Shown here: piece after piece, positions 1-9,467 of the stretch
How positions within the stretch are numbered: the first letter of the stretch is position 1
Layout: every line of letters starts with the position of its first letter
Assembly (NCBI GenBank): GCA_046760505.1
Contig: JBHIEG010000009.1
Span: 8,021 to 72,020, forward strand
Reading direction: 5' to 3'
Length of the DNA: 64,000 nucleotides
From: Candidatus Hydrothermarchaeota archaeon
Lineage (GTDB): Archaea; CAYFZR01
Notes under the pieces: model-generated
The model's database searches: none
Told to the model about the DNA's origin: nothing
What the model saw: only the letters and a program-made list of their open reading frames with translations
Translations under genes and position numbers: made by a program

Positions 1-606
1 ACAGTTGGGGTATGTGTGATAGACATAGTTACAAGCAGGAACCCTGTTTTCGTTGTTGATGATGTGGAAGATCTGAAGGCAAAGTCAAGAATAAAAAGAG
101 ACATAACCGATATACCTATATTCATTGGTGCTGCCAGCCCTAAGATGATTAAACTAGCGAGTTCCATAGCAGATGGTGTTTTACTGAATTATGTGCATCC
201 TGATTTTGTTGAATGGGCCTTAAGATACTTCAAGAAAAAAAACTACGTTGGAGTTTATGGTCCATCTCTTATTTTGCCTGATAAAAAATACGAGGGTCAT
301 TTGAAAATTGCAGCATCTGTAGTTGCCTCGAGCGTTAGCAAGGAGATTCAGGAAGAATTTGATATGGAAGAAAGTATAGAAGACATTAAAAATATCATTT
401 TGAAGAAGAGGTACGGAGAATTAAAAAAATATAACAATTTTTTACTCGAGAAATTTACGATCTCTGGTGATATATCTGAAATCAGGAACAGGATAGATGA
501 ATTTAAAGATATGAAGGTTGATCAGGTAATTTTCGGAGGCCCGATGTGCGAGAACATAAATTCAATCAAACAACTTAAAGGATTGTTGAACGGTTCTTCG
601 CAATAA
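1..606 (+). CDS. LLM/Mer-like F420-dependent oxidoreductase, C-terminal part (5' truncated by window edge)
   Basis: IPIFIGAASPKMIKLASSIADGVLLN is typical of the Mer/LLM family; frame is open back to base 1. Confidence 0.75.
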   Translation, partial: TVGVCVIDIVTSRNPVFVVDDVEDLKAKSRIKRDITDIPIFIGAASPKMIKLASSIADGVLLNYVHPDFVEWALRYFKKKNYVGVYGPSLILPDKKYEGHLKIAASVVASSVSKEIQEEFDMEESIEDIKNIILKKRYGELKKYNNFLLEKFTISGDISEIRNRIDEFKDMKVDQVIFGGPMCENINSIKQLKGLLNGSSQ

Positions 607-670
607 TTTAACTATGATTTAACTGTTTAACTGTAATAATAATTTGTTACGAGAACTTATTTTTACTTCT

Positions 671-1267
671 TCATGATTTTTTAATAAGTCTGATGATCTC
701 TTTTCCCTTTTCATAGGCATCTTTCATGGCGGTTGGATGGTTTTCTATTTTCCCCAGCTTGTCCATGTTGTTGTAAAGGAGAGTATCTGTGAATTCCATG
801 TCTATAATGTCGAAAAAAGCTGTCACTGTCATTGTTGCGCCCATGAATACTTTATCGTAGTCCATGCCAGCAACAGATATAAAAAGTCCCTTTCTCCTTC
901 TTTTTTTCTCAGGAGATATGAAAGAATCCTTTAAAACGTATTTTTTTGCCCAGAAAACCTGACATCTGTCCATTAAGGCCTTCATCTTTGCTGGTATTCC
1001 AAGGGTCATAACTGGGGTTGCTAAAAATATGCTATCTGCTTCCTTTATTTTCTCGTAGATCTCATTCATATCATCTTTGATGGGGCATTCTCCGGTTTCA
1101 ATACAATCAAATATCTCTCCACAAGGTTCAATATTTTTAAAGGCGACGTATATTTTTTCCACTTTTGCTCCTTCGCTCTTCGCTCCTTCGATTGCTCTAT
1201 CCAAGAGCCTGTCTGTATTTCCACCCTTTCTTGGACTCCCTACTAACGCTAAGACTTTTATTTTCAT
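671..1267 (-). CDS. Iron-sulfur flavoprotein / NADPH-dependent FMN reductase (flavodoxin family)
   Basis: GSPRKGGNT, PCGEIFDCIETGECPIKDDM, TPV motifs. Confidence 0.85.
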   Translation of the reverse strand: MKIKVLALVGSPRKGGNTDRLLDRAIEGAKSEGAKVEKIYVAFKNIEPCGEIFDCIETGECPIKDDMNEIYEKIKEADSIFLATPVMTLGIPAKMKALMDRCQVFWAKKYVLKDSFISPEKKRRRKGLFISVAGMDYDKVFMGATMTVTAFFDIIDMEFTDTLLYNNMDKLGKIENHPTAMKDAYEKGKEIIRLIKKS

Positions 1268-1374
1268 TTGCACCAACGTTTTATAACTCGGTAGTTCATT
1301 TTAACTTATTTTGTTGTAATTTACCTTGATTCGACATATAAAGTATGACATAAAAAGACGGTATGAAAATAAAA

Positions 1375-2772
1375 CTATTCTGCGCAACAACTCATCTTCG
1401 TTACATCTCTTTTAAAAGATGTTGCAACCAGTTTTATTGCCTCCGCCATGGTTGGAAACACATGGACCGTATCGATGATGTCATCAATGGTTAGTTTATA
1501 CTTTACCGCGAGCACTCCTTCGTGTATCATTTCAGCAGCGAAGGGGGCAAGAATATGAATGCCGAGAATGCGTTTTGTGTCTCTCTCAATGACCATCTTT
1601 ATCAAACCTCTTGTGTCTTTAATGACGTTTGCCTTTGGAACAAGTTTCATAGGCAAAGTTTTGCATACGCAGTTGTAACCTTTTTCCAATGCTTCTTTAT
1701 CTGTTAATCCTACACTTGCTACTTGGGGAGATGTGAAAACTGCGTGAGGTATTGCAAAGTAATCCATCTTTATTCCTTTATTTTTTAAAGCATTTTCAGC
1801 CGCTATAGAGCCTTCTTTTGCTGCTGTGGTCTCGAGCATCGGCTTTCCAATCACGTCTCCTGCTGCATAAATGTGTTTAGCCGTAGTTTGCATCTCGTCG
1901 TTTACTACTATGGCTCCATTTTTGTCAACTTCAACACCAACCTTGTCTAAACCCAGGCCTTCTGTGTTTGGTTTTCTTCCCGTCGCCATAAGAATCTTTT
2001 CTCCCTTGAATTCTCTTTTTTCTCCTCTAACTTCCGCTTTAACTACTTTGCAATCCCCTTCCCTTCTTACGCTTTTGATCGTAACTCCAGTATGAATCTC
2101 TATCCCCTCCTCTTCAAGGTATTTTCTCAAAGCTATAGAGATCTCTGGCTCTTCATCAGGTAATATTAATGGGCTTCTCTGCAGCATCGTAACCTCAGTA
2201 CCAAAGTGAGCATACATCTGGGCGAACTCACATGCCAATGCTCTTCCTCCTATTATGATCATTGATTCCGGCAGTTCTTTAAGATCTAATGCTTCTACAT
2301 TTGTGAGGTAATCGATCTCTTCGATTCCCTTGATTTTCATGATGTTTGGCGAAGAACCTGTTGCTACTATAAATTTTTCCCCATAAAGCGTCTTTCCGTT
2401 TACCGAAACTTCATTTTTTGATGTAAAGAAAGCCCTTCCTCTAATCAAGGAGACTCCCGGGAGTGAATTTGCAACGTCAATGTACTTCTCCTTTCTCAAA
2501 TTCTTTACTAAATTATCTTTTTCGTGCATAACTCTACCGAAGTCTAAGGTTGATCTCACCTCCAACCCTCTAAGCCCGTGATTTTCATAGTAATGAATTT
2601 CTCCGACGTGAAGTAGGTGTTTCGTTGGTATGCAGCCCACATTAACGCATGTTCCCCCTATAACTCCTCTCTCTATCATCGCTATATTCGCTCCTAAATC
2701 AGATGCCTTTATTGCAGCTCCAAATGCAGCGGACCCGCTTCCTAGAATGATCAAATCATATTTTTCCATCAT
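1375..2772 (-). CDS. merA: Mercuric reductase (no N-terminal NmerA domain)
   Basis: GSGSAA FAD motif, GGTCVNVGCIP redox disulfide, C-terminal SCCAE cysteine pair. Confidence 0.93.
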   Translation of the reverse strand: MMEKYDLIILGSGSAAFGAAIKASDLGANIAMIERGVIGGTCVNVGCIPTKHLLHVGEIHYYENHGLRGLEVRSTLDFGRVMHEKDNLVKNLRKEKYIDVANSLPGVSLIRGRAFFTSKNEVSVNGKTLYGEKFIVATGSSPNIMKIKGIEEIDYLTNVEALDLKELPESMIIIGGRALACEFAQMYAHFGTEVTMLQRSPLILPDEEPEISIALRKYLEEEGIEIHTGVTIKSVRREGDCKVVKAEVRGEKREFKGEKILMATGRKPNTEGLGLDKVGVEVDKNGAIVVNDEMQTTAKHIYAAGDVIGKPMLETTAAKEGSIAAENALKNKGIKMDYFAIPHAVFTSPQVASVGLTDKEALEKGYNCVCKTLPMKLVPKANVIKDTRGLIKMVIERDTKRILGIHILAPFAAEMIHEGVLAVKYKLTIDDIIDTVHVFPTMAEAIKLVATSFKRDVTKMSCCAE

Positions 2773-2794
2773 TATACCTCAAATTAAATTATTT

Positions 2795-3382
2795 TCAATT
2801 AACTGATTTATCTTCTACTATTTCTGCCCTATATGGCTTGAACAAAGAAATAATTTCTTCTTTGGCTATTCTATCAGGATCATAGGTTACCTCTCCCTTT
2901 CCATCGTAATAACTCACCTCGGCTTTGATTATTCCTTCCTCTTTCTTCAATCTATCCTCTAAGATGGTCGCACAGGATGGGCAAGTCATTCCATCGACAC
3001 TTAAAACGATAATTCGCTGGTAGTGCTCTCTATCCCCTGGAGCAATTTCGCCTTCAAATTTAATGGCTGTAATTCTTGGAACGATTAAGAAAGTTATTAA
3101 TGTGTAGAAGGCCAAATATGTTATGAGAGTTGCGATAATAAATTTAACTCTGTTTCTCATTGTGCAACAACTTTTATTCTTCCTAAAGTACATTCCTATT
3201 GCGACTGCTAAAAAAACAAAACTCATAACGAGAAAATAGTTCTTGTATAGAGTGATTGTCAGCGCTGTTGTAACGCCGCCTATTCCAAGGATAACTATGA
3301 GTGCAGGAACGATACAACAAAGAACGGCGATTAGGCTTGATAGAGTACCCAAACCAACGGACCTAGGATCAATTTTAACTAT
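2795..3382 (-). CDS. MerT-like membrane transporter fused to an HMA (MerP-like) domain; start uncertain (ATA 3382 or TTG 3352)
   Basis: LCC in first TM, SCC in loop, three hydrophobic segments, GMTCPSC metal-binding motif; directly upstream of merA. Confidence 0.82.
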   Translation of the reverse strand: MVKIDPRSVGLGTLSSLIAVLCCIVPALIVILGIGGVTTALTITLYKNYFLVMSFVFLAVAIGMYFRKNKSCCTMRNRVKFIIATLITYLAFYTLITFLIVPRITAIKFEGEIAPGDREHYQRIIVLSVDGMTCPSCATILEDRLKKEEGIIKAEVSYYDGKGEVTYDPDRIAKEEIISLFKPYRAEIVEDKSVN

Positions 3383-3398
3383 GGAAAAACCTCCATGT

Positions 3399-3722
3399 TC
3401 AGCTCAATATTTCGCACGCTAGAATTTTCTCGAAGAGCGTTCTTACATGGTTGTCCGACAGTTTTAGTATTTCCTGAACTAAATCTCCATTTAGAGAATA
3501 GAGGATGAACTTTCCCTTTTTCTTTGTTTTCACCAAGCCGCAGTTCCTTAAACAAGCCAAGTGATGGGATATACTGCTCTGCTCTTTACCTGTCTCATCA
3601 CAGATATCAGTAACACTCATCCACCTATTTTTTCTCAAAGCCTCCAATATTTTTATCCTCGTTTCATCGCCCAAAGCCTTGAAAAATCTAGCCTTTGCCA
3701 ACGTTAGGTCTCCATCAAACAT
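3399..3722 (-). CDS. ArsR/SmtB metalloregulator of the mer operon
   Basis: FKALGDETRIKIL, QSSISHHLACLRNCGLV; first gene of the operon. Confidence 0.9.
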   Translation of the reverse strand: MFDGDLTLAKARFFKALGDETRIKILEALRKNRWMSVTDICDETGKEQSSISHHLACLRNCGLVKTKKKGKFILYSLNGDLVQEILKLSDNHVRTLFEKILACEILS

Positions 3723-3741
3723 ATGAAGATAGGTTCATATG
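3720..3741. promoter_or_regulatory. ArsR-type operator CATATGAA-N6-TTCATATG over the arsR start; TATA-like element at ~3745-3753 on the minus strand
   Basis: Perfect 8-6-8 inverted repeat catatgaa gatagg ttcatatg. Confidence 0.75.
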
Positions 3742-3771
3742 ATGTTATTTATATTTTTTTATTGTCAGTTA

Positions 3772-5028
3772 TTACTGTCTATAGGTAAGTATTCTAAGAA
3801 TAACCGTTAAATTTGAAATAACCGCTATGACTAGCAGGGAGAGTAATATCTGATTGAAGATTCCACCAAGCATTATTAGAAAAAGCCTCATGTCTCTTCT
3901 CATAATCAGGAAAAAGTTAAATCTATCTTTCTTTTCTATTAAATCAGCCCTTGCTGCTGAATAACTTATCATAAGGGATCCGATAATAGCAAATAGACCG
4001 GCTAAGAGTGTTATATCGGAGAAATTTCCTAGGATCATTCCTAAAATAATGGCAAAGTCTGCATATCTATCAAGAATAGAATCTAAGAAGGCGCCGAAAT
4101 TACTTTGAAGATTCTTTAGCCTCGCTATTTCTCCATCACAACCATCCACGATAGATGCGATCTGAGTCAAAATTCCTGCCAAGAAGTTTAGGGTAAGAAA
4201 GAATAAGTAAGCAGGCATCAATGAAAATATAAAACTTATTATGGTTAGTTGGTTTGGATTTATGTTGTATCTAACCAGAAATTTTGAAATTCTAGATGAT
4301 ATCTTTCTGTTTATATATTTAGAAACTGGACCGTCATCTTCCTTTACCAAAGAATTTTGTATGTAAATTTCTGCCTCCCTCAAGTCTTCTTCGGTATCTA
4401 TGTCTTTCCAGTAAAAATTCTCTATTTTAATTGCTCTCAGTTCTTTTTCCTTTATCAGCTCTTTCATTACATCCGAAATTGTAAAAATTTCCTTTTCTTT
4501 CGCTACTGTTGTTGTTATGTCAAATATATATGGCTGGCAAATGAACAATCCAGTGTCAATGGCGTTCCATTTTTCTATATTCTTTCCTATATCAAGAATA
4601 AAGTCCCCTTCAACATAAACCTTTGTTGCTTCTTCTTTTTCATTTATTTTTGAAACGAACAGAACGTTTTCTTTGTGTTTTTCTTTTAGAAAAGAGTATA
4701 TGCTTCTTTCAAAGTAATGATCTCCCATACAAATTAAAAAAGGCTCGTTTATAAGATCTCTCGTGAGATGCAAAGAATAACCATTTTCCCTCCAAGGATC
4801 TGGGTTATCAACATAAGTGATCTTTATTCCGAGTTTGCTTCCGTCTCCAAAGTAATCTTTTATGTTCTTCGAATCATCTGATATTACGATAATGAATTCA
4901 TCGATTGTTTCTCTAAGCGCTCTGAGTGTGTGTTCTAAAATAGGTAGTCCAAATAATCTTGCAAGCGGTTTCGGTACCTCGCCCTTAAACCTCTCGCCCT
5001 TGCCAGCAGCCAGTATAACTGCTTTCAA
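3772..5028 (-). CDS. Bifunctional inositol-1-phosphate cytidylyltransferase / di-myo-inositol phosphate phosphate synthase (IPCT/DIPPS)
   Basis: AVILAAGKGERF NTP-transferase domain plus DGCDGEIAR...GAFLDSILDRYAD CDP-alcohol motif; follows ino1. Confidence 0.88.
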   Translation of the reverse strand: MKAVILAAGKGERFKGEVPKPLARLFGLPILEHTLRALRETIDEFIIVISDDSKNIKDYFGDGSKLGIKITYVDNPDPWRENGYSLHLTRDLINEPFLICMGDHYFERSIYSFLKEKHKENVLFVSKINEKEEATKVYVEGDFILDIGKNIEKWNAIDTGLFICQPYIFDITTTVAKEKEIFTISDVMKELIKEKELRAIKIENFYWKDIDTEEDLREAEIYIQNSLVKEDDGPVSKYINRKISSRISKFLVRYNINPNQLTIISFIFSLMPAYLFFLTLNFLAGILTQIASIVDGCDGEIARLKNLQSNFGAFLDSILDRYADFAIILGMILGNFSDITLLAGLFAIIGSLMISYSAARADLIEKKDRFNFFLIMRRDMRLFLIMLGGIFNQILLSLLVIAVISNLTVILRILTYRQ

Positions 5029-6254
5029 CCAAGGTCCCCGTATACGTACTCGAGAGGTTCTTCATATTTTAAATTGGTTTTTTTACTCGAGTTAACCCAT
5101 TCAACAAGCTCCATAAACTGTTCATGAGTATTTACCTTTTTAGAGTCCATTGGGTCCTTGAAAAAGAATCCCATCTCCTTGATTACTCCATATTCGCCTC
5201 TGCGTTTCGCATACAACAATAGCCTTGCTATGTCTATGATGAGCGGTGCAGCGAGTATACAGTCTATGCCATCCCAGACAAACTGAAACTTCATTTTTGT
5301 GCCTAGAAAGCCCTTGAAATGTACGAAATCGAACGCAATTTTATTATCCACAAGGGAAGGAAATAGAGAGATCTCGCATATGCTGTGAGGAGAGTAACCT
5401 AGTATCGCTTCCAATACACTGTCTTTTGTTATTATCTTGCTTGTCTTGTTGTCTTGATGATCAAGTACTTTACCGTCGTCATCTCCTAAGATGTTAAAGC
5501 TCATCCAGCCTAGGATATCTAGGTTCCTGTAGAGAAACATAGGAACCAACGTGGTCTTGACAAGCGTTTCTCCTGTCTTTCCATCGTTCCCAGCGTGCGG
5601 AACTTTGTTTTCTAAAGCAAGTTTCTTTAATGCTGGCAAACTCGAACCAACACTAGGTGTAAAGTTTGCGTAGGGAATGCCGTTTTTTAATGCAGAATAA
5701 GCATATAGTGCGCTTGCTCTGATTTTTTCTTTTTTGTCCTCGTCCAACAATCTTTCGAAGTCGTCTGTCCTAATGTGATACTCCGGATCAATTTCTAATG
5801 GAGGCTCGGTGGAAGCTATGTTTATTATTACCGTGTCCTTCTTCTTAAACTTCTTCATATCACTCGATAGTATGTCCACGATCTCTCTAAGGGAGTAATC
5901 ATCTTCAAGTCCGCATGTTTCTCCAAGCGCTTTAATTCCCTGACCGCAATTTAACGCTGTTCCTTTTTTTGCTCTTACCTCAGAGAGGTCTTCTTTGACT
6001 TCCTCGAGTATTTCCATGTCGTAGTGTCTGTTTTGGTTCCAGTGCATCAAAGATGCCTCGTAGGCATTAAATCCCAGGTTTCTTATTTCATGCCCACCAA
6101 ATCGAAATTTCAGCGGAATTTTCTTTACGTTTGAGAACTGGGCTAATTCAGTAACCAAACCTGTTTTAGGTGCTATTCCCCTTTCAATTCCCTTTGCTCC
6201 TACCATCGTCGTGGTAGAGACTGCTCCATAAGCTCCTATCAACCATAGATCCAT
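5025..6254 (-). CDS. ino1: myo-inositol-1-phosphate synthase (start at ATG 6254)
   Basis: WLIGAYGAVST, GNDGKTGETLVK, NILGDDDG, DCILAAPLIID. Confidence 0.9.
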   Translation of the reverse strand: MDLWLIGAYGAVSTTTMVGAKGIERGIAPKTGLVTELAQFSNVKKIPLKFRFGGHEIRNLGFNAYEASLMHWNQNRHYDMEILEEVKEDLSEVRAKKGTALNCGQGIKALGETCGLEDDYSLREIVDILSSDMKKFKKKDTVIINIASTEPPLEIDPEYHIRTDDFERLLDEDKKEKIRASALYAYSALKNGIPYANFTPSVGSSLPALKKLALENKVPHAGNDGKTGETLVKTTLVPMFLYRNLDILGWMSFNILGDDDGKVLDHQDNKTSKIITKDSVLEAILGYSPHSICEISLFPSLVDNKIAFDFVHFKGFLGTKMKFQFVWDGIDCILAAPLIIDIARLLLYAKRRGEYGVIKEMGFFFKDPMDSKKVNTHEQFMELVEWVNSSKKTNLKYEEPLEYVYGDLG

Positions 6255-6343
6255 GTTCCCCACCCCTACCGTTATAAATTTAGAACGGTGTAAAAATTTA
6301 TATTGAACTTTCTTATATAAATATTTCTTTGAGGAATGAAGAT

Positions 6344-6916
6344 ATGTTGGATGAATCAAAAGAGCCAAAACAGGAAAGAATTAAGATATTAGAAAAGAAA
6401 GAGCAATATGAGGCTTTAAAAAACCCTACTAAGAAAAATATATTGAAAAAAATCTCAAAAAAGTCAAAAACGATAACAGAATTGGCTAGAGAGTTAAAAA
6501 TTCCAAAATCAGAAATAGCATATCATGTGAAGGGGCTTAGAAACAGTGGACTGATAAGACTGGAAAGAACAGAAGAAGACAAAAAGGGACTCAGAAAAAA
6601 GTACTATCTTTCAACTGCCCAAGTTTTTTTAACCAACGATGATGCACCCCAGATAGTAAAGGACGATCTGATTGCCCAGGCAGAGCTTTTTGTTATTGGA
6701 TATCTAGAAGGATTAAGGCATGTGAATAAGTTTGAAGAAGATATTTATGAAAAAATAAAAACAGAGGACCTTGCCGCAAGCGTGGTTAGGGAGTCTTTAC
6801 TTCTGAGTAAAGAACCACTCGAAGCCAAGCCTACTGTACTCGCCTCATTGTTCCGGAAGGCTCTCCAAAAAATCATTTCTCGAGATGAGAAGATTTCATA
6901 CTTACTGGATTTATAA
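6344..6916 (+). CDS. ArsR-like wHTH regulator with C-terminal extension, divergent from ino1
   Basis: ALKNPTKKNIL...TITELARELKIPKSEIAYHVKGL. Confidence 0.78.
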   Translation: MLDESKEPKQERIKILEKKEQYEALKNPTKKNILKKISKKSKTITELARELKIPKSEIAYHVKGLRNSGLIRLERTEEDKKGLRKKYYLSTAQVFLTNDDAPQIVKDDLIAQAELFVIGYLEGLRHVNKFEEDIYEKIKTEDLAASVVRESLLLSKEPLEAKPTVLASLFRKALQKIISRDEKISYLLDL

Positions 6917-7024
6917 ATAGAAGAAGATATATAAGACAATTTTATAAAATAATTTTAATAAACTAAATTAAACTAAATAAAAAGTTATGGAGTGTAGAAT
7001 AAAACTAAAATAAAGAGTGATCAG

Positions 7025-7531
7025 ATGAAAAGACAACACTACGGCAAGTATTCTCTTCTTGATGATAGTTTTAGAGGTATGTTGAGATCGCTGGAAGGAG
7101 AAAAAGTAGACCCTAAAGTGGCTAGAAACAGCTTAAATGCCTTGAGAGCTAGAATAGATCATATCGTGGGATTATATGAGGATTTAATGATAGAAGGAAG
7201 GGAAGAAATGAAGGAAAGAGCCAACCAGATAATCAAAGTTATGGATAATATGTTGAAGGAATTTGAAGGTATTGATGATTTGGTTCCTATGGACGGAACA
7301 TTAAGAGACCACCTCGTTCAGTTAAACGCTGCATTAGGGTCATTCGTGCTTTATGTTGGAAGAAGCGAGTTAGTAGATAAAGTCTCGGACAGATTGAGCT
7401 TACAGATATTATTAACTGAAAGTCTGAAAGGTATAGAAGATAGAATGAAAACAAAAATAGATGAGATGGAAAGTAGAATTAAAAAAATAGAAGAGGATAT
7501 TAGAAAGATCCGAAAAGAAATTAGTAAATGA
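7025..7531 (+). CDS. Hypothetical helical protein with C-terminal coiled coil
   Basis: 168-aa ORF, SD-like GAGTGA, heptad-rich C-terminus. Confidence 0.65.
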   Translation: MKRQHYGKYSLLDDSFRGMLRSLEGEKVDPKVARNSLNALRARIDHIVGLYEDLMIEGREEMKERANQIIKVMDNMLKEFEGIDDLVPMDGTLRDHLVQLNAALGSFVLYVGRSELVDKVSDRLSLQILLTESLKGIEDRMKTKIDEMESRIKKIEEDIRKIRKEISK

Positions 7532-7563
7532 ATTATTTAAAACTATAAGAAACTTAATAAAGA

Positions 7564-7830
7564 ATGTATATGCTGAAAGGTACTTACAGAGAAATAATGG
7601 AACTGTGTTATAGTAAAGGGGAAATCACTTCAAGAATCGTAGCAGAAAATGTATACAGTTATTTGGAGAAGAGAAAAGCTATGATCAACGCTTGTAGAGC
7701 ATTAAACTGGTTGTGTAAAAAAGGATTATTAGTAGAAGTGGATAAAGATATGGATATAAAAGTTTACGCGCCTGCTATCAGTAAAGAGAAATACAATAAA
7801 AGGGTAAGTGAAGGGTTATTGTTAGAATGA
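7564..7830 (+). CDS. Small winged-helix protein next to oriC
   Basis: EIMELCYSKGEITSRIVAE...RALNWLCKKGLL fits a wHTH pattern. Confidence 0.6.
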   Translation: MYMLKGTYREIMELCYSKGEITSRIVAENVYSYLEKRKAMINACRALNWLCKKGLLVEVDKDMDIKVYAPAISKEKYNKRVSEGLLLE

Positions 7831-8270
7831 GGTGACTGTTAAACTGTTTATAAATTAATAACAAATCCCACATTTCTTTAAATTCTTATGTTTCAAAGTT
7901 GATTAATCTATTTATAATCTATTATAATCTGTTACAATCATAGATAATACCCCTTTATTTCTAGTGGAATATTCATCGGAGGTTTGTATTTTATGTTTAC
8001 ATATCGCGTAAACAACTTGGAGTTATTAACATCTCCAGTGGAAACAAAGGACTCTTGACACTCATTTCTATTTTTCTAAATAGAAGTTTTTTTAAAATTT
8101 AAAGGAGATTTTCATCTTTTTAACACTATTTACTTTAAATCATAAACAATAATCTCAATCCAACTCTTTATCAGTATTATCTCCAATGGAAACAAAGGGG
8201 GTGCAGCTTTACATACATTAAATCTATATACTTCCTAACTTCCAGTGGAAAAGGGGGGAAGTGGTATATT
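7831..8270. other. Chromosomal replication origin (oriC) with four ORB elements and AT-rich tracts
   Basis: ORB matches at 7950-7969 (minus, TTCCACTAGAAATAAAGGGG), 8033-8050 (CTCCAGTGGAAACAAAGG), 8181-8201 (CTCCAATGGAAACAAAGGGGG), 8240-8258 (TTCCAGTGGAAAAGGGGGG); immediately upstream of cdc6. Confidence 0.92.
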
Positions 8271-8271
8271 G

Positions 8272-9465
8272 ATGAGAAGTCAAAGTACGTTAGAGGGTTT
8301 GTTTGAAAGAATCTACAAGACGAAAACAATTTTTAGAAATAAGGAAGCTTTAAGACATTCTTACACGCCAGAAAATCTCCCTCACAGAGACAATCAAATA
8401 AACCAACTTGCTACCATATTAGTTTCCGCTTTAAGGAAGGAAACACCCTCAAATATAATTATGTATGGTAAAACCGGAACAGGGAAGACCGCGGTTGTAA
8501 AATACGTGGGAAAAGAATTGGAAAAAATAAGCGCAAAGTATGACGCAAATGTTCATTTCATATACATGAACTGCGAGGTCGTGGATACTCAGTATAGGGT
8601 TCTTGCAAATCTATGCAATAACTTCTGCTCTGAAAAGGTTCCTCTTACTGGTTGGCCAACAGATCAGCTCTATTCTTTATTTATTAAAGAGATTGATACC
8701 GACTCCAAGGTAGTTGTGATTGTATTAGACGAAATTGATAAACTGGTTAAGAAAAGTGGTGATGATGTTTTATACAATTTGACTAGAAGCAATGATGATC
8801 TTAAAAATGCCAAAGCAAGTATTATAGGAATATCGAATGATCTGAAGTTCACTGAGTACCTAGATCCAAGAGTAATAAGTAGTTTGGGAGAAGAAGAGAT
8901 TATTTTCCCGCCCTATGACGCAATACAGTTAGAAGACATCTTAAAACAAAGAGTCTCAATAGCATTTAAGGAAGGAGTATTGGAGGAGACAGTAGTTCCT
9001 CTATGTGCAGCATACGCGGCAAGGGAGCACGGTGATGCAAGAAAAGCTCTAGATCTCCTAAGAGTTTCTGGTGAAATAGCTGAAAGAAAGGGAAATAGAA
9101 AGGTTACTGAAGAGGATGTGAGAATGGCAAAGGACAAGATTGAACAGGATAGAATAATCGAAGTAGTAAAGACTCTACCAAAACAATCAAAATTAATCTT
9201 ATACTCAATATTACAGCTGAAAAGAGAAGACGATAGACCTATAATGACCGGAGAGGTTTTTGAAGTTTACAGGGAGTTGTGCAAGAGGACATCACTAGAT
9301 GTTTTAACCCACAGAAGAGTTAGCGATCTCATATCCGAACTAGACATGCTCGGGATCATATCGGCTAAAGTAGTTAGTAAGGGAAGATACGGAAGAACAA
9401 AAGAGATTTATCTGACGATACCTTCTTATAGAATAAAAACCCTCCTCCAGGAGGAAATTCTTTAA
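8272..9465 (+). CDS. cdc6: Orc1/Cdc6 replication initiator
   Basis: LPHRDNQI, YGKTGTGKT Walker A, VLDEID Walker B, GDARKALDLLR, C-terminal SKGRYGRT wing. Confidence 0.97.
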   Translation: MRSQSTLEGLFERIYKTKTIFRNKEALRHSYTPENLPHRDNQINQLATILVSALRKETPSNIIMYGKTGTGKTAVVKYVGKELEKISAKYDANVHFIYMNCEVVDTQYRVLANLCNNFCSEKVPLTGWPTDQLYSLFIKEIDTDSKVVVIVLDEIDKLVKKSGDDVLYNLTRSNDDLKNAKASIIGISNDLKFTEYLDPRVISSLGEEEIIFPPYDAIQLEDILKQRVSIAFKEGVLEETVVPLCAAYAAREHGDARKALDLLRVSGEIAERKGNRKVTEEDVRMAKDKIEQDRIIEVVKTLPKQSKLILYSILQLKREDDRPIMTGEVFEVYRELCKRTSLDVLTHRRVSDLISELDMLGIISAKVVSKGRYGRTKEIYLTIPSYRIKTLLQEEIL

Positions 9466-9467
9466 AG

